Assembly (NCBI GenBank): GCA_021325455.1
Contig: JAJPHD010000009.1
Span: 65,792-129,791 of the forward strand
Reading direction: 5' to 3'
DNA from: Actinomycetota bacterium
GTDB taxonomy: Bacteria; Actinomycetota; Acidimicrobiia; Acidimicrobiales; JAJPHD01
Length of the DNA: 64,000 bases
Positions 58,976 to 64,000 of the stretch are shown piece after piece. The position numbers were made by a program, and so were the translations under genes. Every line of letters starts with the position of its first letter. Within the stretch, counting starts at the first letter, position 1. Under the pieces are notes generated by a model. That model ran no database searches, was not told the origin of the DNA, and worked only from the letters and a program-made list of their open reading frames with translations.

Positions 58976-60850
58976 GTGCTGACCAAGGTCCTCATCGCCA
59001 ACCGGGGGGAAATAGCGGTGCGGGTGATCCGCACTGCTCGGGAGATGGGCATCCCGACGGTGGCCGTCTACTCAGAGCTGGACCGCGATGCCCTGCACGT
59101 GCGCCTGGCGGACGAGGCCTACGCCCTCGGAGGCCAGACGGCAGCCGAGAGCTACCTCAACACCGAGGCCATCTTGCAGGTGGCTTCCCGCAGCGGGGCC
59201 GATGCCATCCACCCCGGCTACGGCTTCCTGTCCGAGAACGCCGGCTTCGCCCGGGCCGTGCGGGAGGCAGGCCTGGTCTTCGTGGGGCCGCCCGCCGAGG
59301 CCATCGAGGTGATGGGGGACAAGATCAGCTCCCGCCTGGCCGCTCAGCGGGCCCAGGTGGCCGGAGTGCCGGGGACGACAGAGGTGCTCACCTCGCCTGA
59401 GCAGGTCGTGGCCTTCGGCGAGAAGGCCGGGTGGCCGGTCGCCATCAAGGCTGCCTACGGCGGGGGGGGCAGGGGGATGCGGGTGGTGCCCGATGCCGCC
59501 GCCGCGCCAGCGGCGCTGGAGTCGGCCCAGCGGGAGGCCGAGAAGGCGTTCGGCCGGGGTGACAGCTACCTGGAGCGCTATCTCACCTGGCCCCGCCACA
59601 TCGAGATGCAGGTGATCGCTGATACCCATGGCAACGTGCTGTGGTTGGGGGAGAGGGACTGCTCCTGCCAGCGACGGCACCAGAAGCTGGTCGAGGAGAG
59701 CCCCGCCCCCGGCTTCCCCGACGAGGTGCGCCAGGCGATGGGCGAGGCTGCGGTGCGGGTCTCCCGGGCCTGCGGCTACGTCAACGCCGGCACCGTGGAG
59801 TTCCTCTACCAGGACGGGGAGTTCTACTTCCTGGAGATGAACACCCGCCTCCAGGTGGAGCACCCCATCACGGAGATGGTCACGGGCCTGGACCTGGTGG
59901 CCCTGCAGCTCGAGGTGGCCGCCGGGGAACGGCTGGGTTTCACCCAGGAGGAGATCGCTCGGCGCGGGCATGCCATCGAGTGCCGCATCAATGCCGAGGA
60001 CCCTGCCGGTGGGCGCTTCCTCCCCTCACCGGGGCGCATCACCCGCTTCCGGCGGGCCGACGGGCCCGGCGTGCGCACCGATGCCGGCTACGAGGCCGGT
60101 GACACCGTGAGCCAGTTCTACGACAACCTGGTGGCCAAGCTGGTGGTCTGGGCGCCGGACCGGGAGGCCGCCAGGCGGCGGATGCTCCGGGCGCTGGAGG
60201 AGACCGAGATCGAGGGGGTCGCCACCACCATCCCCGCCCACCGGGCCATCCTGTCCCACCCGGATTTCGCCGAAGGGCGCCACTCGACGCGCTGGGTCGA
60301 GGAGACCCTGGACCTCTCCGGCGTCTCGGCCGGGGCGGGGGCCTCCGTCTCGGCCCCGACTGCACCGAGGAGCACACCCGGCGGCGGCGACCAGGCGCCC
60401 GAGGAGGAGCCCCGGGTCCTGCGCCAGGTGGAGGCCGAGGTCGATGGCCGGCGCTACCAGGTCCGCCTGTGGGTCCCTGCCGCGGACGGGGGCAGCCCGG
60501 GACCGGCGACGTCCCCCGGCCGGGCGGCGGGCACGTCGGCGCCCGGCCGGGCGGGGACGCGTCCCGCCGGGCGGGGCGGGACGGGGCGGGCCGCCCAGGG
60601 CGGTGCAGGGCGGTCCTCCCGGGACGGGGCGGCCGGCAGCGGGACCGTGACCGTCCCCATGCAGGGCACGATCGTGAAGATCCTGGTCTCTGTGGGCGAC
60701 CCGGTGGAGGTGGGCCAGACCGTCTGCGTGCTGGAGGCCATGAAGATGGAGAACGCCATCCCCGCCGAGAGGGCAGGGACGGTGCAGGAGGTAAGGGTGT
60801 CGGCCGGGGACGCTGTAGGCCCAGGCGACGTGATAGCGGTCATCTCATAG
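58976..60850 (+). CDS. Acyl-CoA carboxylase alpha subunit (biotin carboxylase + BCCP)
   Basis: [39 protein letters not shown]. Confidence 0.95.
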   Translation: MLTKVLIANRGEIAVRVIRTAREMGIPTVAVYSELDRDALHVRLADEAYALGGQTAAESYLNTEAILQVASRSGADAIHPGYGFLSENAGFARAVREAGLVFVGPPAEAIEVMGDKISSRLAAQRAQVAGVPGTTEVLTSPEQVVAFGEKAGWPVAIKAAYGGGGRGMRVVPDAAAAPAALESAQREAEKAFGRGDSYLERYLTWPRHIEMQVIADTHGNVLWLGERDCSCQRRHQKLVEESPAPGFPDEVRQAMGEAAVRVSRACGYVNAGTVEFLYQDGEFYFLEMNTRLQVEHPITEMVTGLDLVALQLEVAAGERLGFTQEEIARRGHAIECRINAEDPAGGRFLPSPGRITRFRRADGPGVRTDAGYEAGDTVSQFYDNLVAKLVVWAPDREAARRRMLRALEETEIEGVATTIPAHRAILSHPDFAEGRHSTRWVEETLDLSGVSAGAGASVSAPTAPRSTPGGGDQAPEEEPRVLRQVEAEVDGRRYQVRLWVPAADGGSPGPATSPGRAAGTSAPGRAGTRPAGRGGTGRAAQGGAGRSSRDGAAGSGTVTVPMQGTIVKILVSVGDPVEVGQTVCVLEAMKMENAIPAERAGTVQEVRVSAGDAVGPGDVIAVIS

Positions 60851-60858
60851 GAGGCGCA

Positions 60859-62043
60859 GTGGCAAGCACGCAGGACGTGACGGGCATGCAGGCCAAGGAG
60901 GCGGCCCGCGAGAGGGTGGACCGGGACCTGGAGGGGCTGCTCACCCTCAGCCACACCCTCCACCAGCACCCCGAGCTGGCCTTCGAGGAGGAACGCTCGG
61001 CGGCATGGGTGGCCGAGGCCCTGGCCACCGGAGGGTTCCAGGTGGAGGCCGGCGTCTGCGACCTGCCTACCGCCTTCGTGGCCACCGCCGGGTCCGGCCC
61101 CCTGGTGCTGGCAATCTGCGCCGAGTACGACGCCCTGCCGGGCATCGGCCACGCCTGTGGGCACAACATCATCGCCGCCGCCGCCGTGGGGGCGGGGCTG
61201 GCCCTCGCCCCCCTGGCCGACGAGCTGGGGATGACGGTGAAGGTCATGGGGACCCCGGCCGAAGAGGGTGGAGGGGGCAAGATCCTGATGCTGGAGCGGG
61301 GAGCCTTCGCCGGGGTCAATGCGGCCATGATGGTGCACCCTGCCCCCATCGAGGAGCTCCAGATGCGCTGCCTCGCCGTCTCCCATCTCGACATCCGCTA
61401 TACGGGGAAGTCGGCACACGCCTCCGCCTACCCCGAGCAAGGCATCAACGCCGCCGACGCCCTGACCGTGGCCCAGGTGGCCATTGGGTTGCTGCGCCAG
61501 CACCTGCGCCCCGGGGACCAGGTGCACGGGATCGTCACCGACGGAGGGGATGCCCCCAACGTCATCCCGGCCCGCAGCACCGCCCAGTACCTCGTGCGCA
61601 GCCCCTCGCTGGCCGCCCTGGCCGAGGTGGAGCCCAGGGTGCGGCGCTGCTTCGAGGCCGGTGCACTGGCCACCGGGGCGAGCCTGGAGATCACTCCCCT
61701 CTCACCGCCCTACTCCGAGTTCCGGTCCGACGACGAGATCGCCTCCTGCTACAAGCGCAACGCCGAGGCCCTGGGCCGCAGCTTCCCGGAACTGCCCGAC
61801 CGTCCCATGGGGGGATCGACCGACATGGCCAATGTCTCCCTTGCCATGCCCGCCATACACCCCATGGTGGGCATCGACTCCCTGCCCGCCGTCAACCACC
61901 AGCCCGAGTTCGCCGCGGCCACGGTGACCCCGGCGGGCGACCGGGCGGTGCGGGACGGGGCGCTGGCCATGGCCTGGACGGCCATCGACCTGGCCTCGTC
62001 ACCCGGCCTGCGCCGGCGGCTGGAGGCCAGGGCGGCGCAGTAG
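60859..62043 (+). CDS. M20 family amidohydrolase
   Basis: HPELAFEE, EYDALP, HACGHN, TPAEE, GSTDM. GGAGG RBS. Confidence 0.92.
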   Translation: MASTQDVTGMQAKEAARERVDRDLEGLLTLSHTLHQHPELAFEEERSAAWVAEALATGGFQVEAGVCDLPTAFVATAGSGPLVLAICAEYDALPGIGHACGHNIIAAAAVGAGLALAPLADELGMTVKVMGTPAEEGGGGKILMLERGAFAGVNAAMMVHPAPIEELQMRCLAVSHLDIRYTGKSAHASAYPEQGINAADALTVAQVAIGLLRQHLRPGDQVHGIVTDGGDAPNVIPARSTAQYLVRSPSLAALAEVEPRVRRCFEAGALATGASLEITPLSPPYSEFRSDDEIASCYKRNAEALGRSFPELPDRPMGGSTDMANVSLAMPAIHPMVGIDSLPAVNHQPEFAAATVTPAGDRAVRDGALAMAWTAIDLASSPGLRRRLEARAAQ

Positions 62044-62051
62044 GGGGCGGC

Positions 62052-63416
62052 CTACTCGGCGGCGTCGGCCAGGGCCTCGGCCAGGGCCGGGTGGACCAGC
62101 AGGCTCTCCACGATGTCGGTCACCTGCAGATGGGCGGTGACGGCGAGGGCCAGGACCGAGATCAGCTCGGCAGCGTTCTTGCCCACGATGGAGCCGCCCA
62201 GCACGATCCCGGTGGCGGGGTCGGACAGGATCTTCACGAAGCCCCTGGCATCCCCGTCTATGAGGGCCCGGGCATTGGCGGCGAAGGGGACCTTGGTGAC
62301 CCTGAGCTTGCGGCCCTCGGCAAAGGCCTCGGCCTCGGCCAGGCCCACGTCGGCGATCTCGGGCTCGGTGAAGATGGCGCTGGCCGCCTTGTCGTAGTCC
62401 AGATGGCGGTGGGCCCGGGTGTGCAGGCCCATCACGTGCTCCGCCACCTTGCGCCCCTGGGCGTAGCCGACCGAGGCCAGCGGCAGCTTTCCTGACACGT
62501 CCCCCGCCGCGTAGATGTGGCTCACGTTGGTCTGGCAATGCTGATTGACAGGGATGTAGCCGGCCTCGTTCACCCGGACACCGGCGGAGGCCAGCCCCAG
62601 GCCGTCGGAGTTGGGGACCGAGCCGATGGCGAGCAGGGCATGGGACCCCTCCGCCATCCGGCCGTCACTGCAGCGCACGACCACGCCCTCGTCCGTCCGG
62701 TCGATGCCGACCGCCCGGGCCCCCTTGAAGAGGGTGACGCCGCGCCGAAGGAAGTCCGCCTCCAGGGCCGCGGCCACCTCGGGGTCCTTCTGGGGGAGGA
62801 CCTGCTGGCGGCTCACGATGAGCGTGACCTCGGAGCCGAGCGACCGGAACATGTGCACGAACTCCACGCCGGTCACCCCGGAGCCGATGACGACCAGGTG
62901 CCTGGGGATCTGGGGAGGAGGGTAGGCCTGACGGGTGACCAGGACCCGCTCGCCGTCCGCCTCGGCCCAGTCCGGGGTGCGGGGACGGCTACCCGTGGCC
63001 ACCAGCACGGCATCGGCCTCCAGCTCGACGGGCCCCTCCTCGGCGGTGTCCACGAGCACCTCCTGGGCCGACTTGAAGACGCCGGCGCCCCGGACGACGC
63101 GCACCCCCTGACTGGCCATGAGCTCGGTGGCAGACCGCTCCAGGTGGCCGGTGATGCGGTCGATCCGTTCCCTCAGGACCTGGAGGTCCAAGCGGGCGTC
63201 GAGGTCGCACAGGCCCATGGACGAAGCCCGCCGGACCAGCGACATCAAGCCGCCCGTGGAGATCATGGCCTTAGAGGGGATGCAGTTCCACAGGTTGGCC
63301 GACCCGCCGATCACATCCCTCTCGACCAGGGTCACCTCCGCCCCCATGCGGGCGGCGTGGGTGGCGGCCTGGACGCCAGCGGGACCGGCGCCGAGGATCA
63401 CGAACCGGACGGGCAC
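62052..63416 (-). CDS. lpdA: NAD(P)H-quinone dehydrogenase (mycobacterial LpdA-like)
   Basis: GAGPAG, single Cys in ANLWNCIPSK (no CxxxxC), GSGVTGVEF, YAAGD. Confidence 0.8.
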   Translation of the reverse strand: MPVRFVILGAGPAGVQAATHAARMGAEVTLVERDVIGGSANLWNCIPSKAMISTGGLMSLVRRASSMGLCDLDARLDLQVLRERIDRITGHLERSATELMASQGVRVVRGAGVFKSAQEVLVDTAEEGPVELEADAVLVATGSRPRTPDWAEADGERVLVTRQAYPPPQIPRHLVVIGSGVTGVEFVHMFRSLGSEVTLIVSRQQVLPQKDPEVAAALEADFLRRGVTLFKGARAVGIDRTDEGVVVRCSDGRMAEGSHALLAIGSVPNSDGLGLASAGVRVNEAGYIPVNQHCQTNVSHIYAAGDVSGKLPLASVGYAQGRKVAEHVMGLHTRAHRHLDYDKAASAIFTEPEIADVGLAEAEAFAEGRKLRVTKVPFAANARALIDGDARGFVKILSDPATGIVLGGSIVGKNAAELISVLALAVTAHLQVTDIVESLLVHPALAEALADAAE

Positions 63417-63508
63417 ACCAGAGAGGTTACTAACCAGGCTCCGGAGGTGACCGGTCCCGGCCGGGGCCGGGCCGGCCTGGCCCCGGGGGTGACCCCCGGG
63501 GTCGAGGG

Positions 63509-64000
63509 CTAGCGGGCGGGCTGGTAGACCCCGAAGGCCTCTCGCAGCACGTCGCTCACCTCCCCCAGGGTCGCCCGGAGGCGCAGGGCCTCCTTCATGG
63601 GCACGAGCAGGTTGGCGCTGCCCCGGGCGGCGGCGGCCACGTCGGCCAGGGCTGTGTTCACCCGCTCCTGGTCCCGCGAGGCCCGCAGCTCCCCCACCCG
63701 CTTGCGCTGGGCATCCTGGAGGGCGGGGTCGAGCGGGAAGACCTCGGGGGCCTCAGGCGCCTCCTCCACGTAGCGGTTGACGCCCACCACCACCACCTCC
63801 CCATCCTCGACGGCCTGGGCGTAGGAGTAGGCAGCCTGCTCGATCTCCTCCTGCATGAAGCCGGCCTCGATGGCCGCCACCGCCCCTCCCATCTCACCTA
63901 TGCGGTCAAGGTAGGCAGAGGCCCGTGCCTCGACCTCGTCGGTGAGGGCCTCCACGTACCAGGAGCCGCCCAGGGGATCGGCGGTGTCGGTCAGCCCGCT
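63509..64000 (-). CDS. Methylmalonyl-CoA mutase-family large subunit, 3' part (runs off window)
   Basis: DTADPLGGSWYVEALT, MGGAVAAIEAGF, VVGVNRY, ATLGEVSDVLR. Confidence 0.9.
   Translation of the reverse strand, partial: SGLTDTADPLGGSWYVEALTDEVEARASAYLDRIGEMGGAVAAIEAGFMQEEIEQAAYSYAQAVEDGEVVVVGVNRYVEEAPEAPEVFPLDPALQDAQRKRVGELRASRDQERVNTALADVAAAARGSANLLVPMKEALRLRATLGEVSDVLREAFGVYQPAR

Overview
High-GC actinobacterial chromosome segment, most likely Acidimicrobiia (inferred from gene content and style). It holds about 58 mostly housekeeping CDS: a DUF58/transglutaminase pair, dinB, pfkA, LysM/lexA with four SOS boxes, dapD/dapC/hflX/dapF/miaA, ftsEX-prfB-secA-hpf, a cell-envelope glycan region (manB, PGI/PMI, three GT4s, rmd, cofD/cofE, ugd/uxs, rfbABD, LCP), birA, biotin carboxylase, lpdA and a partial methylmalonyl-CoA mutase. 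The right half broadly parallels the conserved actinobacterial secA-to-lpdA region. Two signals stand out. (1) A ~280-nt raiA-motif structured ncRNA upstream of hpf/raiA has its own candidate promoter and an enlarged multi-hairpin variable arm. (2) A large GT-C-like membrane protein carries, in frame, a ~130-aa segment resembling the helical insertion domain of ISL3 transposases without catalytic residues, a possible domesticated transposase domain. Also notable are a PNGase A gene inserted in reverse into the glycan cluster and many apparently leaderless genes. No tRNA, rRNA, CRISPR array or intact mobile element was seen. All family calls come from motif recognition, not database searches.
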